From Reclinomonas americana ATCC 50394 (lineage: Eukaryota): DNA of 45,495 nt. Of the stretch, positions 1 to 12,900 are shown in pieces. The notes below the pieces were generated by a model. It was not told where the DNA came from. It saw only the letters and a program-made list of their open reading frames with translations, and searched no databases. Made by a program: the position numbers and the translations under genes. Location of the stretch: contig PS015141.1 in NCBI GenBank assembly GCA_048213135.1, positions 1-45,495 on the forward strand, in the 5' to 3' direction. Numbering within the stretch: the stretch's first letter is position 1; each line of letters starts with the position of its first letter.

Positions 1-131
1 GAGAGAGAGAGAGATGAGCGAAAGGGCTGCAGGGATAACGAAGGGAGACGGATGAAGGAGAGGGACATCGAGCAGCCACAGTGGCTCTGGATGAATGGCA
101 CTAGCTCACCAACCTTTCTCACACCACCCGA

Positions 132-1618
132 TCACAGCAGAAAGTACGCCATCAGCAGCGTGCCTGAGGAGGAGAAGAAAAAATCCTCATCCAGCGTCTT
201 TTGCGAGATTCCGCCGCTCGAGTGATTGAGGAGGGCCATGGCGGTGAGGGAGATGGCGTTGCGCGCGTCGGTACGCCAGCCGCTGGTCGACACGTTGTGG
301 TAGTAGTTTTTCATCATTAGGATGAATAGGAGGAGGAGCTGCGAGGGAGGGGAAGGGATTGTGAGGAGGGGAAGGGGGGAAGGGCGACAGGGAACGGGGG
401 CGAAGGCAGGAAAAGCAACGGGAAACGACGAGGAGAGTAAGAGCAACTGAAGGGATCTGTGAGGGAGAGGCGACAGGGAACGGGGGTGAAGGAGAACGGC
501 AGGAGAAGCAACAGGAAAGGCGAAAAGGGTAAGAGTGACTGAAGGGATCTGTGAGGGAGAGGCGACAGGGAAGGGGGGCGAAGGAGAAGGGTAGGATAAG
601 CAACAGGAAAAAGCAACGGGAAAGACGAAGAGGGAAAGAGTAACTTACAATAGTGAGGTTGAGAGTGAATACGGCAAACGGAGAAAAGGCAAGGGAATGA
701 ACACAAACGAAGCAGATCGGAGTGAGGGCGCGATGCGGCACATCAGAGTGGAAGCAACAACAGGAGACACAAAGCGAGAAGAAAGCAACGCGGAGAAGGG
801 CACGGACGTCAAATGGGTTGCGGAGCTGACTGGAGATGGCGAGAGGGGAGTGCAAAAAGGCCGAGAAACACAACACGAGAACGACTAGCATGTGGAGGAC
901 AAGTTGCAGAAGAGGGCACCCAGCAACGCAGGGTGGAGTGCGTGTGGTAGAAAAGGGGAGAGCAACGGGAAGAGCACGTACAGATCGAGACAAAAACGAG
1001 AAAGGCTGGGAGGAGGACGGTGAGGGCCGCGAGAAGACAAGACAGAGAAAGCCCGAGACGGGAACGACCGCAAGAAGCGCACGAGAAGGGCAACGAGGAT
1101 CGGAGGCAGAAGGAGAAGAGCGAGACGAGAAACAAGGGAAGGAGAGACTGGAACGTGACGATCAGAGCAACCAACACAAGGAAGACAGGAGCGTAGACGC
1201 AACATCGTCGAGCAGGCGGAACGGAATGCGCGTCCGCGGTGTGACCTGTCGCTGCTTCCCGTGGGCATACAAGAGGAGCAGCAGGAACACCACGAGCTTG
1301 AAGTTGGCGTGCGAGAGGAACGAGAGGCGGGCGGAGAGGAGTTGTAAAGCTGTGACAATGAAGAGTGATTGATTGAAATGCGATCACACGCTTGTCTCTT
1401 CTCTCACTCTCTCTCTTCTCTCCTCTGTGTGTGTGCGTGTATGCCAGCGTGCCTGCAGAGAACAACGAACCAGGGCGTGAGAGCACCGAGTCAACCCATC
1501 GCACCACCCATGCATGAAATCGACACCATTGTGATGGAGGTGGTGGTGGTGGCGGTTGTTGAGGCATTATCGCTTCTCCCTCTTCCACTCCTTCTCCTCC
1601 TCCGTGAGGGTGGTTCAT
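132..1618 (-). CDS. Multi-exon hypothetical membrane protein; internal exon structure uncertain
   Basis: ATG 1618 (MNHPHGGGEG...), exon 1349-~1204 (ALQLLSARLSFLSHANFKLVVFLLLLLYAHGK...), clear GTAAGT donor at 647-642, terminal exon 338-132 (LLLLFILMMKNYYHNV...MAYFLL*) with C/G-ending codons and hydrophobic stretches. Confidence 0.5.
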
Positions 1619-1651
1619 CTCCTCCACCTTTGTTTGCTCTTTGTTGAAAGT

Positions 1652-1668
1652 AAAAAAAAAAAAAAAAA
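1652..1668 (-). terminator. Pol III oligo-T terminator of tRNA-Lys
   Basis: Long A run on + (T run on -) about 30 nt downstream of the tRNA 3' end. Confidence 0.75.
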
Positions 1669-1698
1669 GAAACGAAGCCCGATGGACGGCGTTATGAT

Positions 1699-1772
1699 AG
1701 CCGCACGGGGGACTCGAACCCCCAACCCTCAGATTAAGAGTCTGATGCTCTACCGAATTGAGCTAGTGCGGC
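1699..1772 (-). tRNA. tRNA-Lys: tRNA-Lys (anticodon CTT), intronless
   Basis: Reverse complement folds as GCCGCAC/GTGCGGC acceptor stem, GCTC/GAGC D arm, TCAGA-CTCTTAA-TCTGA anticodon arm, GGGGG-TTCGAGT-CCCCC T arm. Confidence 0.97.
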
Positions 1773-2013
1773 TTCGTTCGAAGGAGTGGTTGAATGATTG
1801 GGAGGCGCAGATGGATAAGGGGGAAGGGGAGGGGAAAAGCAAGGGAAACAGAAGGCTTGCGATGGGTGAGAGTGCGGGGGCGACAGACCACAGCGCCAGC
1901 AAGTGTAATTCATGGAAATTCTTGCTGCTCTTGGTGACGAGGGTTTTTCCCGACTCGGATCATTGTCATGGCTTCTTTGTTTTGTTGCTGATCGTCGCGA
2001 AAGCGCGTCAAGA

Positions 2014-2157
2014 ACCAACAGACAAGCAACAGCTGTCTTGATGGCCAAGTCCAACAATATCAACACAAACACCAGTCTTGAGGGCAGAAGCAGGTTTTCT
2101 CTTGTGTGCGATCGCTCTCGAAGCGAGAAGTCGAAATCAAGCCCCACAACTGCGATG
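2014..2157 (+). repeat. Dispersed repeat copy (family also at ~22674-22725 + and ~23975-24123 -)
   Basis: Shared core ACAAGCAACAGCTGTCTTGATG(G/A)CCAAGT(C/T)CAAC. Similarity continues through CAACACA.ACACCA.TCTTGAGG..G.AGCAGGTT with the reverse complement of the 24 kb copy. Confidence 0.8.
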
Positions 2158-2239
2158 CACGACTCGCGACTTGCAATTGGCAGCACACCACAAACACAAA
2201 CAAACAAACACGGAGACACACAGAAACTAAGTTGCACGA

Positions 2240-2725
2240 ACTCTCTTCTCAGCAAACAGGCATCACGCTTACAAGCAGTCGCTCAGCTCTTCCCAGTAAA
2301 CAGGCATCACGCTTACAAGCAGTCGCTCAGCTCTTCCCAGCAAACAGGCTTCACGCATTGGCAAGCAGTCGCTCAGCTCCCCTCACAAAACAGGCATCAC
2401 GCATTGGCAAGCACTCACTCTACTCTTCTCAGCAACCAGGCATCACGCATGGGCAAGAAGTCGCTCAGCTCCCCTCACTAAACAGGCATCACGCATTGGC
2501 AAGCACTCACTAACTCTTCTCAGCAAGCGGGCATCACAAATTTGCAAGCAGTCGCTCAACTCTTCTCAGCAAACAGGCATCACGCATTGACAATCAATCG
2601 CTTAACTCTTCTCGACAAACAGGCATCACGCAGTGGCAAGCACTAACTAAACTCTTCTCAGCAAACAAGCACGCATTGACAAGCAGTCGCTCAACTCTCT
2701 TCTCAGCAAACAGGCATCACACAGC
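2240..2725. repeat. Degenerate ~44-46 bp minisatellite, ~10 units
   Basis: Unit approx. AAACAGGCATCACGCATTGGCAAGCAGTCGCTCA(A/G)CTCTTCTCAGC repeated head-to-tail. Confidence 0.9.
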
Positions 2726-2957
2726 TACGCACTCGCTTCTGCAACACACATCAGGTAACCTCTTCCCCTCACTGCCCTTCCTCCTCATCGCCCTTCCCCT
2801 CACCTCCCACCTCCACACCACCATACCTAATCTCTCGTTTTTCTTCACTTCACACCCTCTTCTTCATCATCATCATCATCTCTCGTGTCAGCAACAATAA
2901 CTCACATGAAAAACCACTCTGGCACGCCATCTCCTCTCTTCCTTACAGCAGAAGAGT

Positions 2958-3717
2958 CTACTCGGTCTGCGAGGGCTTCCGCTTTGAGGCGCTGCCCTTC
3001 GGTGTGCTGTTGCCGCCCTTCTTCTGCAGCATTGCGCGAACGGCAGGGTCGACAAACTCCATGTCGGGTCCGCCCTCCACCGTGCCCTTTTCTGCCGCCG
3101 ATGGCGACGAGGGGCTGCCGGCGGCGGCCGTGGCCTTGCGCTTGCCCTGCTTGGGCGACGCCATGCGGTAGACCAGGAAGCCGAGGCCGCCGAAAATGGC
3201 CAGCAGCATCAGGTAGGCGAAGAGGCTGTAGGAAGGGGGGGAGGGAGGCGTGAGGGAAAGAGAGGGGAAAGTGGGACATCGAGGGGAAGGGGGAGGGAGA
3301 GAGAGGAAAATGGGAGAAGGACACGGGGGGGCGGGAGAGATATGGAAAAGTCAGAAGCACACAGAGAGACAATGCGGTGGCTGATGCAGACGGATGTGTG
3401 TGGGAGAACGACAAGACAAACAAAGAAAGAGTGTGAGAATGAAAGACACGCATACACACACAGGGAGAGGGAGAGAGAGAGAGAGAGAGAGAGAGCGGGG
3501 GAAGGTGCAAATAGAGGGTGAGGAGTTGGATGAAGAGGAATAGACCAGCAGCGAGAGGAAGTGTGAGAAAGAATGAGACGAACATGTACAGACAAAAGAA
3601 GAACCGAGTGACAGACAAAAAAGCTCAAACTTCACGATAAAAGACACAACACGGTGGGAGGCACAGACAGAGAGAGGGTGGAAGAGCAATACAGTGTGAA
3701 GAAACCACAAACGTACA

Positions 3718-3761
<44 letters not shown>

Positions 3762-6151
3762 AGTGGGAGGTGGAGGAGTAGACCGACAGAGAGAAGTTGA
3801 ACATAAACAGACAAAGAGAAGAAGAGCAGCTAAGGAGAAAAAGACGGACTGCGTGTGTGACCGACTGACAAGTACACAAACAAACCACGGTTTTGAGACA
3901 CAGGTGCAGAGAGAGAGGGAGGAAGAGCAATACAGTGTGAAAAAACAAACGTACACACCGAAAGAGAGATAGAGAGAGAAACAAACAAGAGAGGGACGAA
4001 GGAAAGAAGTCGAAAGACGAGCAGTGAAAGAAGGGAACGGGAGAACGAGTGGAAGCGAAATGAGTGACAGTCAGACAGACAGACCAAACACAGTCAGAGA
4101 AGAGAGACAGAGCATTCTCCTGCAACGCATCCCTTTTGCCCATCTGCCCATCTCCCTTCCCCAGCAACTCACCCCTGCACGTCAATGAACGACGCCGACG
4201 AGTCGACAAACTCAATGGTGCCATTGAAGCCAGTGTGCACAAACACCTGCGAGCCGATGTTGTAGATAATGTCGACGACCAGGCCGAACTCACGCGGATC
4301 CATGCTGGGGTCCGAGCGGAACTTGTACAGGATCGAGGATTCGGCGCCCGGGGCCAGGTTGTTGCCGTACTCGAAGCCAGTGAACTGTGCGTGGGAGGAG
4401 AAGGAGGACAGGGATGAGAGGGAGAGTGGAGGAGGGACAAGGAAGGGAGGGAGAGTGGCAAAGGAAAAGGAAGTGAGAGGGAGAAGACAAGAACAGAGAG
4501 GTGAGGGAAGAGTGGCAAGTGAGCAACATGAATGGAAGTGAGAAGGAGAAAGGAAAGGAAGTGTGTGCCACACATGAGAGTGAGAGGGAGAAGGGAAGAA
4601 CGGGAGAGTAGAGCTTGTGCAACACGAATGAAAGTCAGAGTGAGAAGGGAATAGAGGAAGTGTGGAGAGTGTACATGAACGAGAGAAGGACAAGGACAGA
4701 GCAAGCAGAGAGAGAAGGTGGTAAGCGTGCCACACGCGTGGAAGTGAAGGAGAATGGAAGAACAACTCGTGTAACACGCATGGAAGTGAGAGAGGATGAA
4801 GGAAGAGGGGAAGTGTGGCAAGTGTGCCGCACACGGGAGTGAGAGAGAAATGAAGAAAGGGAAGTGGCAAGTGTGGTGCACGCACGGAAAAGAAGGACAA
4901 GGAAGGGACGGTGAAGAGGGGAATGGAAAGTGCTGCACGCATGGAAAGAGAGAAAAGGAAGTAGGAAGCGAGGGAGTAGAAAGCGCAAAACGCTTGGGAG
5001 TGAGAGGGACAACACGGAGTGAAAGAAGGCAGGAATAGGGAAGAGAGGGGGAGTGGCAAGTGTGCAACACTCGTGAAACGAAGAGAAAGGAAGAGCGGGA
5101 AAGTGGAACTTGTGCAACACTCATGGAAGTGACAGAAAGAAGGAACAGGGAAGACACAGAGAATGAGTGCCGTGTGCTTGTGTGTGTGCGCAACGTTGAA
5201 GAACACTTGGTCGAAATCGGTGGGGCTGGTCAGGCGAGCGTAAGCCTGCGAGATATTGAAATGCAGCTCGTCGTTCTGGTTGAACAGGCCAAACACCACA
5301 TCCACCACAGCGCCAACGGGGAACTCTGCACAACAAAGGGCACAAGGTGCGCGTGGGTGAGCGGCATGTCAATTTCGTTCACAAACACACGCGCGCGCGC
5401 GACAACTCGCCCCCCGCACGTTCACTCGGCGCCTACTCTCTCTGTGTGTGTCGTGGTGTGCGTGTCTTCGAGTGCATTGGTGCCACACGCAACTGCGATC
5501 GGGATAGTCGGCAAACACATGTCGGATAATCACATCCTCGTGTCCGACGCGGTACCGCAGACCACCTGCACCGTCCTCATCATCATCATCCTCATCCTTC
5601 ACACAAGGAGAGAGAACAGACAGAAGTCAGACTCGGCACAACAAACACACACGCGCGCGCGTGCCTTGGCGGGAATATGCATAGGAGAGAGATACCTCCA
5701 GCGCCGCAAGAGCCTCTTGTGCTGTCGTCGCCGCGGAATCATCGTCATCATCATCGTCATCGTCGTCGTCATCAGCGCGTGCCGGACGGCCGACAAAGCC
5801 TGCATATGATTCGGCATCAGAGAGAGGAGAGGGGGGTGCACAAAAAAAGCGCGGGAGAGACAACCCCGCCACAAACGGAGAAAAACACACATGCAAAGAC
5901 GCGCGTGTGTGCTGTGTGGAAAGCAGGAGAGATGTGCAGCAGCGGCAACGGCGTGCAGTGTGACACGGGAGCGCAGGGAGCGGGCATGTCGCAGGCCATG
6001 ATGCAACACACACGCGACAACACACGCGCGTAGACAACAGCGCGTGGAGGACACGACAAAGGAGGCATATGCACACGCGCGCACGCGTGCACTCACCGAC
6101 AAGCAGCAGTCCGAGCAACAGGCAGACGAGCAGCCACTTCGCCGTCGACAT
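2958..6151 (-). CDS. SSR1: Translocon-associated protein subunit alpha (TRAP-alpha), 6 exons: 6151-6097, 5799-5696, 5596-5494, 5325-5195, 4384-4173, 3225-2958
   Basis: Signal peptide MSTAKWLLVCLLLGLLLVG, acidic poly-D region, lumenal domain KFPVGAVVDVVFGLFN...PTDFDQVFFNFTGFEYG...PREFGLVVDIIY...FNGTIEFVD, one TM helix (GLFAYLMLLAIFGGLGFLVY) and a basic tail. All splice phases are compatible. Confidence 0.92.
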
Positions 6152-6947
6152 TGTGAGTTTTTGTTTGAGTGAGGGTGACAATTGCGCCGGATCGCTGAAA
6201 TTTCCGAGGCGAGCACAGCACGCGGGCGTTTTGAAGAGGAGAAGGGATGAGTGTGAGGCAGACGCGGTCGTCGCAGCTCCGTGAGGAGAAGAATAAGAGG
6301 GCGGAGTTTTTGACGTTGCGTGGATGCAGGAAGAGGGAGGGGAAGGGTGAGATTGGAGAAGGGNNNNNNNNNNNNNNNNNNNNNNNNNNNNNNNNNNNNN
6401 NNNNNNNNNNNNNNNNNNNNNNNNNNNNNNNNNNNNNNNNNNNNNNNNNNNNNNNNNNNNNNNNNNNNNNNNNNNNNNNNNNNNNNNNNNNNNNNNNNNN
6501 NNNNNNNNNNNNNNNNNNNNNNNNNNNNNNNNNNNNNNNNNNNNNNNNNNNNNNNNNNNNNNNNNNNNNNNNNNNNNNNNNNNNNNNNNNNNNNNNNNNN
6601 NNNNNNNNNNNNNNNNNNNNNNNNNNNNNNNNNNNNNNNNNNNNNNNNNNNNNNNNNNNNNNNNNNNNNNNNNNNNNNNNNNNNNNNNNNNNNNNNNNNN
6701 NNNNNNNNNNNNNNNNNNNNNNNNNNNNNNNNNNNNNNNNNNNNNNNNNNNNNNNNNNNNNNNNNNNNNNNNNNNNNNNNNNNNNNNNNNNNNNNNNNNN
6801 NNNNNNNNNNNNNNNNNNNNNNNNNNNNNNNNNNNNNNNNNNNNNNNNNNNNNNNNNNNNNNNNNNNNNNNNNNNNNNNNNNNNNNNNNNNNNNNNNNNN
6901 NNNNNNNNNNNNNNNNNNNNNNNNNNNNNNNNNNNNNNNNNNNNAGA

Positions 6948-6998
<51 letters not shown>

Positions 6999-7279
6999 AG
7001 GCTGTGTGTGTGTTTGTGTGAGAGAGAGAGAGTGTGTGTGTGAGAAGGGAGTGGAGTGGGTGGAGTGGCTTGAGAGAGAGAACAGAGTGGGGAGCTAAAC
7101 TTCCGATGATTTCGCACAGATTGAGAGAGACAACGGAAAGTGAGACAGAGAGAGAGAGAGAGAGAGTGAGTGAGTGAGTGAGTGAGTGTGAGAGAGAGAC
7201 TGAGAGAGACTGAGAGAGAGAAAGAGAGTGAGAAAGAGAGTGAGAGAGAGAAATGAGAGAGAGAGAGAGAGAGAGAGAT

Positions 7280-7860
7280 GAGCGATGAAGGCATCAGTAT
7301 GTGAGATCGTGCGTCGCTTCATGTGTTCTGTTGCGCGCTGAAGAGCGATCCAGAGATCGTTCTCTTTTGAAGCTTCCTTGGCAACGATTGTTGGGTAGCT
7401 TCGTACTGTTGCCGACGACAAGAGTTCCAGCGAGTGATTAGAGCGATGCAGAGCCATGTGTGAATACTGCAGACAGATACATAGCGTTGACGAAGAGAAA
7501 TAGTGTTGGTCAAGGGCGAGTGAGGGCAGCCGCAAGCAGAGACAGCACACAGCGCAGATTGGGAGAAGTGGAAACTCGAGTTTGCAATCTGCGATTGAGC
7601 GCAGTTGTCACATTCTGTTGCGCATCGCTGGCGGACTGGGAGATGAAAGAGAGAGACAGATTGGGAGTTAAGTGTACACGTCACGAGTGAGACTGAAAGC
7701 AAATGGTGTTCGTCGCGCACCACTGGCACAATGCACGAGAGATGGAGAGTCGAATTTGCGTGAGCAATTGAAGGGTTCGTTGTGATCGCGGACGAGAGTG
7801 AGGAAGTGTTTCGAATGAGTGTTAATTGATAATTGAGGGGCGCTTCTGTTATCCCCTGTC
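7280..7860 (-). other. Possible small spliced gene or non-coding transcript
   Basis: Non-repetitive island with pyrimidine-tract/CAG acceptors (~7637, ~7468) and an open stretch LELLSSATVRSYPTIVAKEASKENDLWIALQRATEHMK. No coherent model could be built. Confidence 0.2.
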
Positions 7861-7922
7861 ATCTCCCTTTCTCATATCTCACGTGCATATCACTCTGCAG
7901 ACCTCTTCCTCCACCACCATGG

Positions 7923-9376
7923 ATGCCTAGCAACACACGCAGTCCATCATCACCAGCGCCCGGCGGCGACGCGCGGTCGAATCGATCGCCCGTTCGATTG
8001 TTGCGTCTCCTTATCCGCCCTTTTCCCTTCCATTCCCCCCTTTCCCCCTCACTCTTCTCCCCCCACACGAAAGGGCCCCCGCCACCACCGCCCCCGCTGG
8101 CGCCGCCGAACGCGCCGCCCACCGCGCCAACTTGACCACCAGCAAGACGTCGGGCGGCATTGGCCTGCTCACCCGCCACATGCACGAGTCGCGACAGAAT
8201 CACACCGCCGACGCCGATGCGTTGAAGGAGCTGCAGAATGACTTGCGCATGCTGGAGGCGCGGAGAGCGGAACTCAAGGGCAAGATCGACGAGGATGAGG
8301 AGTGGCTGCGGGGATATGAGACAGTTAAGTGGAGGGCGGGGAGAAGGGAAGGGGGTGAAGGGAGAGGGAGCAAGGAGATGAATGTGGTTGTCGATGTGTG
8401 TCTGTCTTTGTGCGTGTTGGCATGTCTGTGATTGCGTGGAACAACTGGGTGGCAAGGGAGAGTAGAGGTGGCCAGTGTGTCTGTCGATGTGTGTCTGTCT
8501 TTGCATGTGTTGGGATGTCTGTGAAGATGTGCGATTGCGTGGCAACAACTGAGTGGCAAGGGAGAGTAGAGGTGGCCAATGTGTTTCGATGTGTGTCTGT
8601 CTTGTGTGTCTGTCTTGTGTGTCTGTCTTTGTGTGTTAGCATGTTCTGTGAAGATGCGTGATTGCGTGGCAGCAATAAGTATTTTCTCGTGTGTATTGTT
8701 GTGTCTTGTTTATCCTCCTCTTGTGCTCCTCCTCCTTCTCTTCATTGTGCCTCTCTGTCTCTGTCTCTCTTCCCCTTTCGGAGAGAAGAGAAGAAAAGAG
8801 GTGAAAAGAAGCGATCTACCTGATGTATTTAAGTGACCGAAGGGTGAGAGGGAGGGAGAGAGGGAGAGGGAGAGCGATGTGCGTGGCAAATGCAGTGGAG
8901 GAATACAGCGAATGTTCTCTACTCTGTCCGAGCGTGTGTGAGAGAGAGAGAGAGAGATGAGACGAGAGCGAAAGGTTCGCAGCACACACGAGAGACGCGT
9001 GATGCTGTGAATATGTGTGTGTCGTGTAGTGTTGATTGAGTGTGCGAGGTACATGCGTACTGACGCAGATGATTCTTCTCGTCCTCCATCCTATCACGTT
9101 TCGTCTCACTTTTCTTCTTGTCGCACACTGCTCCCTCTCCTTCCCCGCCTCCAGAAGATGTGTGATTTCTAATTTTTGCACGATTCGTGTGTTTGTGCAC
9201 TCATCCCTCGTCCCCTTTTGCAGGAATTCAAGCCCTTCCGTCAGCGCTACGACAAGCTGATGGGTGAAATGGACACCCTGGTCGTCGACGCGCGCATCAA
9301 GTACAAGGAATCACTCCAGTTCCTCATCACCGAGCTCGATTTCAATCCCTCCTTCAAGCGATGGTACCAGGCGTGA
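7923..9376 (+). CDS. Small coiled-coil protein (~159 aa), 3 exons: 7923-7999, 8074-8323, 9224-9376
   Basis: Phase-compatible exons with strong C/G codon bias: ...DALKELQNDLRMLEARRAELKGKIDEDEEWLRGYET/EFKPFRQRYDKLMGEMDTLVVDARIKYKESLQFLITELDFNPSFKRWYQA*. Confidence 0.8.
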
Positions 9377-9998
9377 GACGGGCAAGTGCGTGGTGATTGT
9401 TTAAAGATGTTGTGTAAGTATGTGTGTGTGTTATTGCAGTTGAAATAAAAGGTGAAGAATCTGGTGATGTACACACTCGCAGAGAGAGAAAGAGAGAGAA
9501 AGAGAAAGAGAGAGAGAGCTGCATATTGGATGCACTGTTCTTCTTAGTATTGTTGCAGTTTGTATAGAAAGCGAAGACTGTACACACTTGCAGTGAAGAG
9601 AGAGAGAGAGAAAGAGAAAGAGAGCGGCACATAGAACGCACAGTACTCATGCATTCTTGCACGGACGCAGTGAGCTTGCAACACAGTTCTCGTTTGTGCT
9701 GATGCTGTGATAACTGCGCTCATTTGTGTTTCTGTGCTGGCAGGGGTACACTTGTATTATTACGACATGCAGCAGGTGCACAGTGGATTGTCATCGTCTC
9801 CCGCCTTTCCTCTCCCACGATGCAACCGAACAAACCTTGTGGCAAACGAAGAGTTGAACTCCTCCTCTCTGCTATTGTCAACGACAGTGTTTCCTCTCAC
9901 TCAGTCTCGTTTTTAAACACAATCCTGTTTTTTGCTCTTCCCCTTTACTGCTGCTTACAAACTACAAAGCAAAAATAATAATAATAATAACAAAACTA

Positions 9999-12900
9999 CT
10001 ACTCGCCACCCCCACTGATATTCGCGTCCGCGTCAACGTCGACACTGGACGGTGCATCACGCATTTTCTCCAGCTGCTGGAAGTAAAGCAGGCGCTCCCG
10101 CCGCGACTTGAGGTAGTCGGGGTTGGTTTGCTTCAGCACCTTGGAGGCCGAGGCCGCCACGTCGGCGACGGCCACCGACGACCGCGGTGAGCTGGGATCG
10201 CCCGCGGCCGCCGTCGGTAGTGGAATGGGGGCGGGTCGTGGTGGGAGCGGCACTGGCTGCAGGGCGGGGGCGTCCTGCTGGTCGCTGAGTGCCGCCGGAT
10301 TGGTGCTGCGGTACATGTCGTCGGTGTTGATGGGCCTCGCACGCGGCAGGGGCACCGAGGTCGGCGGTCCACCCAACGACAACGATGACGACGAGGCAGG
10401 AATGGGCACGGGCAAGACGGCCACGGCCACCGGCACGCCGCCACTGGATCGTGGTGGTGGTGAGCTGGCATTCTGCGCGGGTTGCGGTCGCTTGCCGTAG
10501 CCGAGTGCGGCGGGCTCGCGACGAGCACCAGTGCTCTGCGGCGGCGGGGTCACGCGCTGCTGCCGGGCCGACTGCCGGTTCGGTTGTGGCGGCACCTGCA
10601 GCGGAGGAGTCTCTGGCCGCTTGGCAGGCTTGGGTGGTGTGTGCTGCCGTGGTGGCGCAATCGGCGACGAAATGGCGGCGGCGTACATGTTGACGAGGTC
10701 GTCGGTGCGCACCGGCGTCATCGGCACCACTGGCGCCGACGGAAGTGCAGCCTGGGCGGCAGGTGGCGCGGCTGCCGCAGGAGCAGCAGCAGCTGCCGCT
10801 GGAGGACCGCGCGCCTGTGCCTTGGGGACCTGGCGAATCGCCAAGCTGGGCGGTGCATTGGCGACCTCCACCGTCCTCGGCGGCGCCGACTTGGCCTGAC
10901 GCACAGCCGGTCGCGCGTCCGGTGGTGACAGCTGAATGCGTGCCTCGGGCGCGCGCTGTGCCTGCTGCGAGGGCGGTGGCTGGCGGTCGTCGGCGCCCGT
11001 GTACATGGCCTCCACCACTTGCGAGTGTGGTCGCTCAAAGTCGTCTGGCTCGAGGAATTCGGCTTGCTCTGAGGAGGGGGAAGGGAAGTGAGGAAAAGGG
11101 GAGGAGGGGAGGGAGAGGGAAAGGGGGAGAGAGGGAAAGGGGGAGAGGGAGGGAAAGGGGGCGAGGGAAAGGGGGCGAGGGAAAGGGGGAGAGGGAAAGG
11201 GGAGTGAGGGAAAGAGGTACAAGGGATTAAGAAAAAGGGAGTGAGGGAATAGAGTCGCCACTTCCGTCTCCAATCTTGCTCTCACTTTTTGTCACGCCTC
11301 CCTGCTCTTCCTTCTCTTTCAGAGACGATGATAGTGATGAACAAGAGAGAGTGGATTTTCTGCAAGGGATCGCGTCTCGTGCCTCTGAAAGAATCACAAA
11401 CAAAGAAGCAACAGAGAGGAACGAAATGAAACGACAACAGAGTGAATGTGGAACAAGAGACTGATAGCCACGGAAAGACGGATAGTCGGCGAGCGTGGGA
11501 CAGCATAAAGTGGAGAGAGAGAGAGAGAGCGCGGCAAATAGCCTGCGATAGCGAGATAGACAAACACAGTGCCAGAGAGATAGACACAGAGCCGGAGACA
11601 GAAAAATGCAAGAACCTCACACCAAAGGATGCACAGAGGCAAGACAACAACACACATCTCTCTTGCTCTCTCTCTCCCTCTCTTACTCCAACAACACACC
11701 CTTCATGTCCACGGCAACCTCATCACGCGATCGGTTGCGATCGGGCGATTGATGACGCGGTCGTCGAGCGGCCACAGTTTCCACTCGGTTCGACGAGAGT
11801 GAGTCGGCCGGTCGAGGTGGCGGTGGCGGTGGCTCAGCACCCAGCTGTAAATTCGTGAGACAGAATTCAACACATGCAGCAAACCACGAGAACGCCACTC
11901 ACCCCATCACGTCTCGGCGACACCGACTGCGCGGCGGTGCTCATGGCCGTGGCACGCTCCATGGCCGCCATAACAGCTCGCGGCGGCGAAATGAGAGCGT
12001 GCGGGGTGCGCACGGGCGAGCCGGTGGGGTCGCGGCGCACGGCATCCACGTCGAGTCTGATTTGGTTGACCATGCTCTCCAGCCGCTGCGGTGGCGTGTC
12101 GGGCAAGTGCACGTCGGCGGGTGGAGGTGTTCTACAACAGAAGTGCGTGAGTCTCTACCCGCCACATATTCGACAACAAGTAGCAACAACTGCGCAACTT
12201 TCTTCTCGCCGCCAATCGTCGACGCAATCGCGCCTCCTCTTCGTGATCGTCAGTGTTGTGCCGATGTCGCCGATCGGACTTTCGCCTGTCTCCATCCTGC
12301 GTCGGTCGTTGTTGCTCGTTGCGCTTCGTCGCCTCACTCGCCTCGTCCGTCTCCGTGTCGGTGACAATGACCAGCACGCGCTCGGGCGACTCGGGGGGAT
12401 CGGCAGCCAGGCGACCGAGGCGGCGGCGGGGTGCCGCGGCGGCAGGGACAGGGGAGGGTGACTGTGGGGAGAGGGAGAGGGTGAGGGTGAGGGGAAGGGG
12501 AGGAAAAGGGGAAGGGGAAGGAAAAAGGGGGAGAAGGAAGAGGGAAGGGAGAGTGAAAGGGAAGGGGGAGAGAAAGGGGAGAGTGAAAGGGGGAGAGTGN
12601 NNNNNNNNNNNNNNNNNNNNNNNNNNNNNNNNNNNNNNNNNNNNNNNNNNNNNNNNNNNNNNNNNNNNNNNNNNNNNNNNNNNNNNNNNNNNNNNNNNNN
12701 NNNNNNNNNNNNNNNNNNNNNNNNNNNNNNNNNNNNNNNNNNNNNNNNNNNNNNNNNNNNNNNNNNNNNNNNNNNNNNNNNNNNNNNNNNNNNNNNNNNN
12801 NNNNNNNNNNNNNNNNNNNNNNNNNNNNNNNNNNNNNNNNNNNNNNNNNNNNNNNNNNNNNNNNNNNNNNNNNNNNNNNNNNNNNNNNNNNNNNNNNNNN

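Noticed and set aside
105-1170. Possible TGA readthrough or alternative genetic code in the first gene
   Set aside because: TAG, TGA and TAA all end other gene models at sensible positions, and no conserved domain here contains an in-frame stop. Splicing explains the TGAs.
2240-2725. CRISPR-like regular repeat
   Set aside because: Whole units are homologous with no unique spacers; eukaryotic context, no cas genes.
3625-5193. 522-aa and 379-aa ORFs
   Set aside because: Mostly pyrimidine-rich SSR1 introns; only the embedded exons are coding.
6247-7098. ORFs spanning N runs (also at 12.6, 22.9, 29.5 and 39.4 kb)
   Set aside because: Artefacts of assembly gaps; gap content cannot be assessed.
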